A stretch of 64,000 nt of DNA from an uncultured bacterium (GTDB lineage: Bacteria > Oederibacteriota > Oederibacteriia > Oederibacteriales > Oederibacteriaceae). A program made the translations under genes and the position numbers. The notes under the pieces are model-generated. The model worked only from the letters and a program-made list of their open reading frames with translations. It was not told the DNA's origin and did not search any database. Below are positions 1 to 8,146 of this stretch, piece by piece; positions within the stretch are counted from its first letter, which is position 1, and every line of letters begins with the position of its first letter. The stretch is taken from the NCBI GenBank assembly GCA_965112635.1, contig OZ218778.1, forward strand, positions 2,048,001-2,112,000. The letters are read 5' to 3'.

Positions 1-2
1 CC

Positions 3-1253
3 GCTCGTTTAAGCGAACAGATATCTGAATATCAACAATCCCTCCTTGAGCTGGGGAACCAAGAGTCCGGGCTTTTACAGATGGAACATGATGCGCTCAA
101 TAAATTGCAACAGGCGGAAGCCCATTATACGAATTTAGGAAAGACCCTGTCCGCGATGAATATTCATTTGGCCCAAAACCAGGAGAAGAAAGCCGCGGTC
201 ATGAAGGAAAGGGAAGAGAAGGTCCGTCAAGGCGATGAAGTCGAGCAGCAGCTCAATGATATGAATGTTTTCATCAATGAAAGCAAGGCCAGCCGGGATC
301 AAATTGAGGAGATGATCGGGAAGCTAGAGCAGGAACAGGAAAAGCTCAGGAATAATAAACAGAAGAAAGAGGAAAAATTAAAGGAAGAAGAGGGTTTGAA
401 AGACCAGGTCGCCGAAGAGTTGGTCGCCATTGATAATGAAGTTGTTGCTATGCGAAAAAACAAGGAAGAGGTGCAGCGTCAACTTCAAGAGGAGAAGATG
501 AAAGTTGAGAAATTGACCTGGAATGTGGAGCAACTAACTGGCCGGCTCAAGGCCGAATACAATTGGAGCGAGCAGGATTTTCAAGCCTTTGAGGAGAATT
601 ATTCTCTGGAATCCAATGAGACGCGCGTCAATGAGCTGAGAGAGAAAATTAAAGACCTCGGTGAAGTCAGCCAACTTGCAATCGAAGAGTATGACGAGCT
701 CTCCAAAAGGCTTACGTTTCTCGAGGAGCAGCAAAAGGACCTTGTAGAATCAAAAGCTTCGTTGCTCAAGTTAATACAACAGATCAACGCCAACAGCCGT
801 GAGCTTTTTAAGGACACTTTTGAAAAGGCCCGGCAGAATTTCAAGGAAATCTTCACGCGTCTTTTCAATGGAGGCGAGGCGGACATCACGTTGGTTGAGG
901 GCGAAGACGTTTTGGAGGCAGGGGTGGAAATCATGGCCCGTCCACCAGGGAAAAAGCTTCAGTCAGTCAGTCTGTTGTCTGGCGGCGAGAGGGCATTGTG
1001 CGCCATCGCCATCCTTTTTTCATTGTTTTTGGTCAGGCCTTCGCCTTTTTGCGTGTTGGATGAAGTAGATGCCCCATTGGATGATGCCAATGTCCATCGC
1101 TATACACGCTTGCTTGAGCAGTTTCTCAAAACCACGCAGTTTATCTTGATCACTCACAGCAAGCTGACTATGGAGATCGCGGACGTTTTATATGGCGTGA
1201 CAATGCAGGAACAAGGAGTGTCTAAAATCGTTTCTGTCAAATTCAAAGAGTAA
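3..1253 (+). CDS. smc: Chromosome segregation protein SMC, C-terminal part (5' end outside window)
   Basis: Coiled coil then ABC signature LSGGE and Walker B/D-loop VLDEVDAPLD; frame open to window start; smc-ftsY synteny. Confidence 0.96.
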   Translation, partial: ARLSEQISEYQQSLLELGNQESGLLQMEHDALNKLQQAEAHYTNLGKTLSAMNIHLAQNQEKKAAVMKEREEKVRQGDEVEQQLNDMNVFINESKASRDQIEEMIGKLEQEQEKLRNNKQKKEEKLKEEEGLKDQVAEELVAIDNEVVAMRKNKEEVQRQLQEEKMKVEKLTWNVEQLTGRLKAEYNWSEQDFQAFEENYSLESNETRVNELREKIKDLGEVSQLAIEEYDELSKRLTFLEEQQKDLVESKASLLKLIQQINANSRELFKDTFEKARQNFKEIFTRLFNGGEADITLVEGEDVLEAGVEIMARPPGKKLQSVSLLSGGERALCAIAILFSLFLVRPSPFCVLDEVDAPLDDANVHRYTRLLEQFLKTTQFILITHSKLTMEIADVLYGVTMQEQGVSKIVSVKFKE

Positions 1254-1300
1254 GTTCTTGCCAGTCAACGCTCGCCAACCGCAGAAGGACAGATGTCGCA

Positions 1301-2209
1301 GTGAGTTGGATAGACAAATTTAAAAATGTATTAAGCAAAACCCGCCAAAAAATATCCGATTCGCTTTTCCCGTTCCTCTTAAGCCAGACTTTCCCTGAGA
1401 CTTTTTGGGAGGGTTTGGAGGACGCTCTTTTATCATCCGATGTCGGCGGTCCTTTGACCGAAACCCTGCTCACGGAAGTTAAAAAAGAGTTGGCCCAGCG
1501 AAAAGTCCAAACTGCCCAAGAGGCCGTTGATATTTTAAAAGAGGTCCTTAAAAAGTTGTTTCCTCTGCCGTTGAAATTGCAAAACAAAATTCCCCAAGTC
1601 ATCCTTGTTGTAGGGGTTAATGGAAGTGGAAAAACAACCACCATAGCAAAATTGGGCCACTTTTATCAAAAAAACGGGAAGAAAGTCCTATTGGTAGCCG
1701 CAGACACATTTCGGGCCGCTGCCCAAGCACAGCTAAAAATATGGGGGGATAGGCTTGGGGTCCACGTGTTTTCCCTGGATGGCAACGCAGGCGCTTCTTC
1801 GGTCATCTTTGAGGCTCTTAAAAAATGCTATAACGAGAAAGTGGATGTTGTCCTCATTGATACCGCTGGCCGTTTACATACAAAATTGCCTTTGATTGAA
1901 GAGATGAAAAAGATCAAAAAAGTGATTCAAAAGTTTGATCCCGATGGTCCCCATCAGATTTTATTGGTCATTGACGCTTCCACCGGACAAAATGGGCTGA
2001 CACAGGCAAAGGTTTTTTATGATTCGCTTGGAATTACCGGGCTCATTTTGACCAAACTTGATGGAAGCGCTAAGGGAGGGATGGTTTTTTCTGTTGTCAG
2101 TGAGTTGAAAGTGCCGATTATTAAAGTGGGCATTGGTGAAGGGGTAGAGGATTTGGATGATTTTAGCGCAGATGATTTTATTGAAGCTATATTTTCTTTT
2201 CAAATATAA
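1301..2209 (+). CDS. ftsY: SRP receptor FtsY
   Basis: GVNGSGKTTT, DTFRAAA, DTAGR, TKLDGSAKGG motifs. Confidence 0.96.
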   Translation: MSWIDKFKNVLSKTRQKISDSLFPFLLSQTFPETFWEGLEDALLSSDVGGPLTETLLTEVKKELAQRKVQTAQEAVDILKEVLKKLFPLPLKLQNKIPQVILVVGVNGSGKTTTIAKLGHFYQKNGKKVLLVAADTFRAAAQAQLKIWGDRLGVHVFSLDGNAGASSVIFEALKKCYNEKVDVVLIDTAGRLHTKLPLIEEMKKIKKVIQKFDPDGPHQILLVIDASTGQNGLTQAKVFYDSLGITGLILTKLDGSAKGGMVFSVVSELKVPIIKVGIGEGVEDLDDFSADDFIEAIFSFQI

Positions 2210-2296
2210 AGTTTAAGTTATTTATTAGTAATTATGAGTTTTTCAAATATTTTTATATAAAATTTGTGAAGCTCCATGCATTATATTGGACGTCTA

Positions 2297-2324
2297 TTGA
2301 CAGATGTGATTACGGTGATATCAT
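2297..2324 (+). promoter_or_regulatory. Sigma70-type promoter of the flgF operon
   Basis: TTGACA (2297-2302), 16 bp spacer, extended -10 TGnTATCAT (-10 at 2319-2324). Confidence 0.7.
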
Positions 2325-2339
2325 TACGTCAGAAGGTGG

Positions 2340-2443
2340 AAACTAGTAAGGTAGGCTGGACTGCTTTGCAGAAGCCTGTAATTGCCGATTGACTGAGGCA
2401 ATTTTTTTACAGCGATTTAGTTCGAGCCGATCCTTACTGGTTT
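2340..2443 (+). ncRNA. Candidate cis-regulatory leader RNA, copy 1 (flgF leader)
   Basis: Hairpin A UAGGCU-GGA-CUGC-uuu-GCAG-A-AGCCUG (2352-2378); hairpin B AAUUGCC-GAUUGACUGA-GGCAAUU (2380-2403); closing helix 2340-2351/2432-2443; related copies at 21116 and 24548. Confidence 0.7.
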
Positions 2444-2467
2444 TTTACCAGTAAGGATTTTTTATTT
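2430..2467 (+). terminator. Intrinsic terminator inside the flgF 5' leader (attenuator)
   Basis: Perfect 12 bp stem ATCCTTACTGGT/ACCAGTAAGGAT followed by TTTTTATTT, just before the flgF SD (AGGAGG 2471-2476). Confidence 0.8.
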
Positions 2468-2483
2468 AGAAGGAGGGCTTCAA

Positions 2484-3272
2484 ATGATCGCTGGTATTTA
2501 TACCTCTGCTTCAGGAATGATCGCCTATCAAACCCAAATGGATGTTGTGGCGAATAATCTTGCCAATGTTTCCACGACTGGTTTTAAAAAAGACGAAGCC
2601 GTCTTCACGGCCTTTCCTTCCTGGGTCATTCATCGTGTCAATGACAATATCGTTCCCATGGGAAGCGGTGCATTAGATTTGAGGCCTGCCATCGGCGTGA
2701 GAGGCGGAGGCGTGCAAGTCATGGACAATAATGTCATCCCGCGTTTTGATCAAGGCTCTTTGCAAGGAACGGACAATCCTTTTGATCTTGCCATTGAAGG
2801 GTCCGGTTTTTTTTCAGTGCAGACTCCCCAGGGGATCCGGTATACCCGTAATGGAAATTTTACGCTAAGCAGCAATAAAGAGCTTGTCAATATGGAGGGG
2901 TGTCAAGTTTTAGGAAATGATAACAAGCCCATAGTCATAAATGGTGACAAGGTCAACGTGATCGGGGACGGCTCGGTCTATGTTGACGGCATAAAGACCA
3001 ATCAGGTCGCCCTGACCGAGTTTGCTAACCCCCAATCTCTGACCAAACAAGGCGATGGGTTGTTCATTGCTCCGCAGGGGGTGGCACTAAACACCGGGAC
3101 GCCACAGTCCAGAGTCCACCAGGGCTCTCTAGAGTCATCCAATGTCAATACAATTGGGGAAATGGTCAAAATGATCGCTACGATGAGAGCGTATGAGGCA
3201 AGCCAACGCATGATCAGTTACCAGGACAGCACGCTCGGACACGCGGTCAACGATATTGCCAGAATGGCTTAA
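2484..3272 (+). CDS. flgF: Flagellar basal-body rod protein FlgF
   Basis: ANNLANVSTTGFKK, DLAIEGSGFF, YTRNGNF, LESSNVN; precedes flgG. Confidence 0.9.
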   Translation: MIAGIYTSASGMIAYQTQMDVVANNLANVSTTGFKKDEAVFTAFPSWVIHRVNDNIVPMGSGALDLRPAIGVRGGGVQVMDNNVIPRFDQGSLQGTDNPFDLAIEGSGFFSVQTPQGIRYTRNGNFTLSSNKELVNMEGCQVLGNDNKPIVINGDKVNVIGDGSVYVDGIKTNQVALTEFANPQSLTKQGDGLFIAPQGVALNTGTPQSRVHQGSLESSNVNTIGEMVKMIATMRAYEASQRMISYQDSTLGHAVNDIARMA

Positions 3273-3314
3273 AGAAGAAATTATTAAAATCTTAAGCAGA
3301 GGAGGAACGGTTAG

Positions 3315-4112
3315 ATGATGAGGACATTGTGGTCAGCTGCGTCAGGCATGTTGGCCCAGCAATTGAATATTGATACAATCAGTAATAACCTGGCGAATGT
3401 GAGCACGACAGGTTATAAGAAAAGCAGGGTGGAATTCCAAGATCTGTTGTATCAAACCATTCGACCTTCAGGTGTTCCGCTTTCTACGGGCACGCAAACA
3501 GCCATTGGGGTGCAGGTAGGCACAGGTACAAAACCTGTGGCTATCCAAAAGCTGTTCACCCAGGGAGAGACCACGATTACCAACAATCCTCTGGACCTAG
3601 AGGTTGACGGAGATGGCTTCTTCCAGGTATCCCAGCCTGATGGAACTATCGCCTATACAAGGGACGGGAGTTTCAACCAGGATGCTGCCGGGCATATCGT
3701 TACGCCAGACGGCAATTATTTGCAGCCTGAAATTTCTATTCCGCAAGATATAACCAGCGTCAGCATCAGCTCGGAAGGCAAGGTTTTTGGGACGGTCCCC
3801 GGACAAACCGACCAATCGCTTTTGGGCGAAATTGAGTTAGTGAAATTTGTCAACCCTGCCGGGCTTAATGCTTTGGGGGGCAATCTGTACGCCGCCACCT
3901 CTGCTTCCGGTGAACCTATCCAGGGTGTCCCCGGTGTCAATGGGTTCGGGTCCATCGCCCAAGGTTCCTTGGAAAATTCAAATGTGCAAGTCGTGGAAGA
4001 AATGGTGAACATGATCATATCCCAAAGGGCTTATGAAGTTAACGCCAAGGCCATCACGACGGCGGACCAGATGCTTTCGTTGGCCAATAACCTCAGGGGA
4101 CAGAACGCATAA
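3315..4112 (+). CDS. flgG: Flagellar distal rod protein FlgG
   Basis: SNNLANVSTTGYKK, FQDLLYQ, QVGTG, YTRDGSF, LENSNVQVVEEMV. Confidence 0.95.
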   Translation: MMRTLWSAASGMLAQQLNIDTISNNLANVSTTGYKKSRVEFQDLLYQTIRPSGVPLSTGTQTAIGVQVGTGTKPVAIQKLFTQGETTITNNPLDLEVDGDGFFQVSQPDGTIAYTRDGSFNQDAAGHIVTPDGNYLQPEISIPQDITSVSISSEGKVFGTVPGQTDQSLLGEIELVKFVNPAGLNALGGNLYAATSASGEPIQGVPGVNGFGSIAQGSLENSNVQVVEEMVNMIISQRAYEVNAKAITTADQMLSLANNLRGQNA

Positions 4113-4127
4113 TAGGGGGGCTGTAGC

Positions 4128-5114
4128 TTGAGACTCAGGATCGGTAGTTTATTAATTTTAGCTTTAGTGGCCCTCTGCGGTGCGGGGCAAACCAAAGATG
4201 GGTCGGGGTCGATATCCATCAAACTTAAAGCGGGCGCTTTAGTCAACGGCAAGGTAGTTTGTCTTAAGGATATCGCGTCCGTGGAAGGGGACGAGGCCCG
4301 GGTATCGCAGTTATTGGAGACCCCTCTCATCGACGCGCCTGCCCCTGCTGAAAGCGTCAAAATGACAGAGCAGCAGCTGGAAGCCATCCTGTTCAGGAAG
4401 GGCATTGATGCAAGCAGTTTTGCTATCAGTGGGGCCAGTGAGATCCAGATCACAGCAAATTTTAAGGAAATAAAGCATGATGATTTTATCGCCATGGTCA
4501 AAGATTACCTCCTCAAAACCATCAGGGTTGATCCCAACGAGCGCCTTACTTTGGACCCCATCTCTTTGCCTGGGGAAGGCGATCTTGTCCTGCCGCATGG
4601 CAACATTTCCGTTGAAGTGACCGGCGAGGTCAATCCGAAGAGCAAGCAGATCATGGTACCCGTAAGGATCAAGGTTGATGGGGTCTATTACAAACATTGT
4701 TCCGTTGCTTTTAAAGTTCACCGCCTAGCGGATGTCGCGGTGGCTAAAAGGAAGATGGAGCGGCACAAGGTCTTGGAGAACGAAGACATTACCATTGAAG
4801 AGAGAGATCTCAATGCCATGTCAGGCGAAGCGATCACTGACATCGGTAGTATTGTTGGAAAGAGGACCACGAGAGCCGTTGCCCCAAAACAGCCCGTGGT
4901 GGCCAGTATGGTCGAGATGCCTCCCCTGATCAAAAGGGGGGATGCGGTCACCGTGGTAGCTCGTTATAAGAACTTGCGGATCACCACTTTGGCCGAAGCC
5001 AAAGATGACGGTCGTTTAGGGGAAACCATTCGTTTGGAGAACGTGGATTCCAAGAAAGAGGTTAAGGCGATTGTAACCGGGGATAAGCAAGCAGAGATAG
5101 AAGTGAAATTATAG
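4128..5114 (+). CDS. flgA: P-ring assembly chaperone FlgA
   Basis: Signal peptide; C-terminal SAF-type segment PPLIKRGDAV..DGRLGETIRLEN; between flgG and flgH. Confidence 0.9.
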   Translation: MRLRIGSLLILALVALCGAGQTKDGSGSISIKLKAGALVNGKVVCLKDIASVEGDEARVSQLLETPLIDAPAPAESVKMTEQQLEAILFRKGIDASSFAISGASEIQITANFKEIKHDDFIAMVKDYLLKTIRVDPNERLTLDPISLPGEGDLVLPHGNISVEVTGEVNPKSKQIMVPVRIKVDGVYYKHCSVAFKVHRLADVAVAKRKMERHKVLENEDITIEERDLNAMSGEAITDIGSIVGKRTTRAVAPKQPVVASMVEMPPLIKRGDAVTVVARYKNLRITTLAEAKDDGRLGETIRLENVDSKKEVKAIVTGDKQAEIEVKL

Positions 5115-5130
5115 ATTCGAGGGGGTTTGT

Positions 5131-5757
5131 ATGAAAAAGTCGTTCGTTGTTCCGAAGATAATCCTTGCGGTCCTTCTGGCCAGTGTTTTAGGGTCCATTG
5201 CATTCGCGGACTCTTTATGGAGCCCCAATGGTTCAACGGATACCCCGAATTCCCTGTTTTCGGATAAAAGGTCTTTTAAAGTTGGCGATACGGTGGTGGT
5301 GCAGATCGTCGAGTCTGCCCAAGCGTCCCAGAACATTTCAACTTCAACACAAAAAGACGGATCACTCAGCGGCGGTGTGGGGACCAATCTAGCCGGCTCT
5401 ATGAACAATGCGGGCGGTGGTACCTGGTCGGGGGTGGGAGCTAATGAAACCTATAACGGGTTAGGAAAAAACTCGCGGAGCGGCTCTTTTCAAGGCACCA
5501 TCTCGGTAACGATTAACAAGGTTTTGCCCAACGGGAACCTGGAAATCAAGGGTAGCAGGGTCGTCACCATCAATGATGAGAAAGAGAATATCGAGGTTTC
5601 AGGGATAATACGTCCCTGCGACATCAATTCTTCCAATACGGTCCTTTCTACAGCGATCGCCGAAGCCCGGATATTATACGAAGGCAAGGGACCCTTGGGA
5701 GAAAAGGCACGCCCTGGCTTTTTGACCCGGTTATTGGATTGGTTGTGGATATTTTAA
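5131..5757 (+). CDS. flgH: L-ring protein FlgH
   Basis: SLFSDKR..VGDTVVV, VLPNGNLEIKG, SGIIRP..IAEARI motifs. Confidence 0.92.
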   Translation: MKKSFVVPKIILAVLLASVLGSIAFADSLWSPNGSTDTPNSLFSDKRSFKVGDTVVVQIVESAQASQNISTSTQKDGSLSGGVGTNLAGSMNNAGGGTWSGVGANETYNGLGKNSRSGSFQGTISVTINKVLPNGNLEIKGSRVVTINDEKENIEVSGIIRPCDINSSNTVLSTAIAEARILYEGKGPLGEKARPGFLTRLLDWLWIF

Positions 5758-5779
5758 GAAGGACAAGGGGAGTTCAATT

Positions 5780-6901
5780 ATGTTGAGACGGCATTCAAGC
5801 ATAATAAAAGTTATTCTTTTCTTGCTGGCTGTCGGAGTCATGGCTCAATCTGCCGACGCCGGTAATGTGCGTGTTCGCAACGCAGCCAGGATACAGGGGG
5901 TCAGAGAGAATCAACTTTTAGGCTACGGGCTTGTCGTGGGGCTGCAGTCCACGGGTGACCGTCCTACCAGTATATACAGCACCGGCAACGTCACGGTTCA
6001 GACCGTAGTCAACATGCTGCAAAAATTTGGTGTGGTCGTCGCTCCAGGCCAGATCAAGCCGAACAATGTGGCCGCCGTGATGGTTTCAGCGACCTTGCCT
6101 CCTTTTGTTAAATCAGGGGATAAAATTGATGTGACCGCATCCTCAGTCGGGGACGCCAGAAGCTTGCAGGGAGGCACTCTGTTGGAGACGCCGCTTTTGG
6201 GAGCAGACGGAAATGTCTATGCCGTGGCCCAGGGGAGCGTCTCCGTAGGCGGAGCGGAAACGCAGCCTGGTTTTATTTTCCAAAAACTACCCGTCAACGC
6301 GGGCCGTATCCCTGAGGGGGCTTTGGTAGAAAAAGAAGTCCCCACCAGCATCGTAGAAAGAGGGACCTATTTAAATATTATCCTCAACAGGCCGGATTTC
6401 ACCTCGGCGACAAATCTTACGGATGTTATCAATAAGCAGTTCTGGGGACCTATTGCCAGCGCCAAGGATGCTGCGACCATCAAGATCGAGATACCCTTGG
6501 ATTATCAAAAGAATATCGTCGAATTTATTGCGGCCTTGGAAGGGCTGGATTTCGATGAAGAGGAGGTTTCCAACAAAGTCGTTATTAATGAACGTACGGG
6601 AACCATTGTGATGGGCTTTGACGTACGGATCGACACGGTCGCTATTTCACACGGGAACCTTAGTGTTTATATCTCTCCAGCGCAAGCCATTGTCAATGGA
6701 GGCATTCCCGGCGAGACCGTTAAAGTTCCCAAGGGCGATGAGGGCAAGGGGAACTTGTTGGTCATCCCCGGGGAGGCCGTATCGCTTTCGGAAGTTGTCG
6801 GAGTTCTGAATAGCATTGGCGCAACTCCCAAAGAAATGATTGCTATTATTCAGGCTATCAAAGACGCTGGCGCGTTGCACGCGACATTAGAGATCATGTA
6901 A
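5780..6901 (+). CDS. flgI: P-ring protein FlgI
   Basis: GVRENQLLGYGLVVGL, NVAAVMV, SLQGGTLL, VINERTGTIV, AGALHA. Confidence 0.96.
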   Translation: MLRRHSSIIKVILFLLAVGVMAQSADAGNVRVRNAARIQGVRENQLLGYGLVVGLQSTGDRPTSIYSTGNVTVQTVVNMLQKFGVVVAPGQIKPNNVAAVMVSATLPPFVKSGDKIDVTASSVGDARSLQGGTLLETPLLGADGNVYAVAQGSVSVGGAETQPGFIFQKLPVNAGRIPEGALVEKEVPTSIVERGTYLNIILNRPDFTSATNLTDVINKQFWGPIASAKDAATIKIEIPLDYQKNIVEFIAALEGLDFDEEEVSNKVVINERTGTIVMGFDVRIDTVAISHGNLSVYISPAQAIVNGGIPGETVKVPKGDEGKGNLLVIPGEAVSLSEVVGVLNSIGATPKEMIAIIQAIKDAGALHATLEIM

Positions 6902-6928
6902 ACCCAATAAATTTGGGGAGGCCACTGC

Positions 6929-7273
6929 ATGGACGGCATAAACAAAATCTCTTTGAACGCAAGTTCTTACGGGATACAAAAAATGTACGGCGCTAATTCC
7001 TCATCGCGTCGTCAGGCTGAGTCTGTTTCTCCCGCCCAACAAAAACAATTGGACAAATTAAAGGAAACTGCTCAAGAGTTTGAGTCGCTTTTCCTGTCTT
7101 CGATTTTAAATAAAATGAGTGATGTTATTTTCAAATCGGACCTGACCGAGGAAAGCAACGCCACGACAATTTTCAGAGAGATGCGCAACCAGGAGTTGGC
7201 GCGGTCGATGTCTAAAGCCGGCGGAATAGGGCTGAGCAAAATCCTATACGACCAATTATCGAAAAATATATAA
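6929..7273 (+). CDS. flgJ: Single-domain FlgJ (rod-binding, no muramidase domain)
   Basis: LKETAQEFESLF and GGIGLSKILYDQL; follows flgI. Confidence 0.85.
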   Translation: MDGINKISLNASSYGIQKMYGANSSSRRQAESVSPAQQKQLDKLKETAQEFESLFLSSILNKMSDVIFKSDLTEESNATTIFREMRNQELARSMSKAGGIGLSKILYDQLSKNI

Positions 7274-7294
7274 AAGGAGTTATCGGGGGCCGTT

Positions 7295-7591
7295 ATGGCG
7301 ATGGTGAATTGTACCAAGTGCGGAAAATTATTTCTCCAAGCGGGGGACAAGCCCATTTGTCTCGAATGTTTGTCTCTCGCGGCCAAAGATTATAAAAAGG
7401 TTCATAGTTTTCTAAAACAACATCCGGGAGCCAGGGTGGATGAGGTGAGCGAGAAAACAGGCATCAGCGAAACAATGATCCTGGATTTTTTAAGGGAAGG
7501 CAGGCTTTCTTTGCGGGTAAGCAAGAGTTCCGTGTGCCAGTCATGCGGGGTGCCGATCGATAAAGGAAGTTATTGCGATAAGTGTTCCTAA
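7295..7591 (+). CDS. YvyF-like flagellar operon Zn-finger protein
   Basis: NCTKCGKLF..CLEC, central HTH-like EVSEKTGI..FLREGRL, terminal CQSCG..YCDKC. Confidence 0.8.
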   Translation: MAMVNCTKCGKLFLQAGDKPICLECLSLAAKDYKKVHSFLKQHPGARVDEVSEKTGISETMILDFLREGRLSLRVSKSSVCQSCGVPIDKGSYCDKCS

Positions 7592-7612
7592 TAAATTACT
7601 GGGGAAGATACA

Positions 7613-8128
7613 ATGCAAAACAAATTACTTAAAGACCTTTGGAGCGTATTGCAGGAGGAAATAAACGTTTATAAGGAGCTCTACAAGCTTTCCGAAGAGG
7701 AGAACCGCTTGTTGGTCAACAACGACCTGGAAGCTTTCCAAAAAGTCGTGCAAAAACAGGAGAAGCTGATTTTGGAGATCCATACGATGGACAACGTGAG
7801 GCAAAAAGTGGCTTCGACCATGACCAAAGAACTAGGGGATTCATCCAAGGCGGCCAACATCCCCGACCTTTTTGACAGCTTGGAAGAAGGTGACAAAGCG
7901 AAATTAAAGCAGTTGCAAGGGCAAGTCGTCCAATTAAAAGAAAAGCTTGATGCGATCAACAAGACCAATGGCGTGCTGATATCCAATGCCCTCCAATATT
8001 TGAAGTTTTCCCACAGGATCTCAGGCGGCAAGCCGGAGAAAAATCCCCAGGGAGAGGTTTATAGCGATCTGAAGGAACCGAAAAAAAAGACACCACGCAA
8101 ATCTTCGACGATTGATACGAAGATCTGA
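7613..8128 (+). CDS. flgN: Export chaperone FlgN
   Basis: Helical protein with LDAINKTNGVLI motif, directly upstream of flgK. Confidence 0.82.
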   Translation: MQNKLLKDLWSVLQEEINVYKELYKLSEEENRLLVNNDLEAFQKVVQKQEKLILEIHTMDNVRQKVASTMTKELGDSSKAANIPDLFDSLEEGDKAKLKQLQGQVVQLKEKLDAINKTNGVLISNALQYLKFSHRISGGKPEKNPQGEVYSDLKEPKKKTPRKSSTIDTKI

Positions 8129-8146
8129 GAAAAGGAGGTCGTCACT

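Noticed and set aside
2352-2403. Leader motif as a c-di-GMP-I/II riboswitch or CsrA site
   Set aside because: No GGCAAA/GAAA/GACGCAAAGC elements or class II consensus. The GGA sits in an internal bulge, not an apical ANGGA loop, and no csrA is in the window (CsrA binding not fully excluded).
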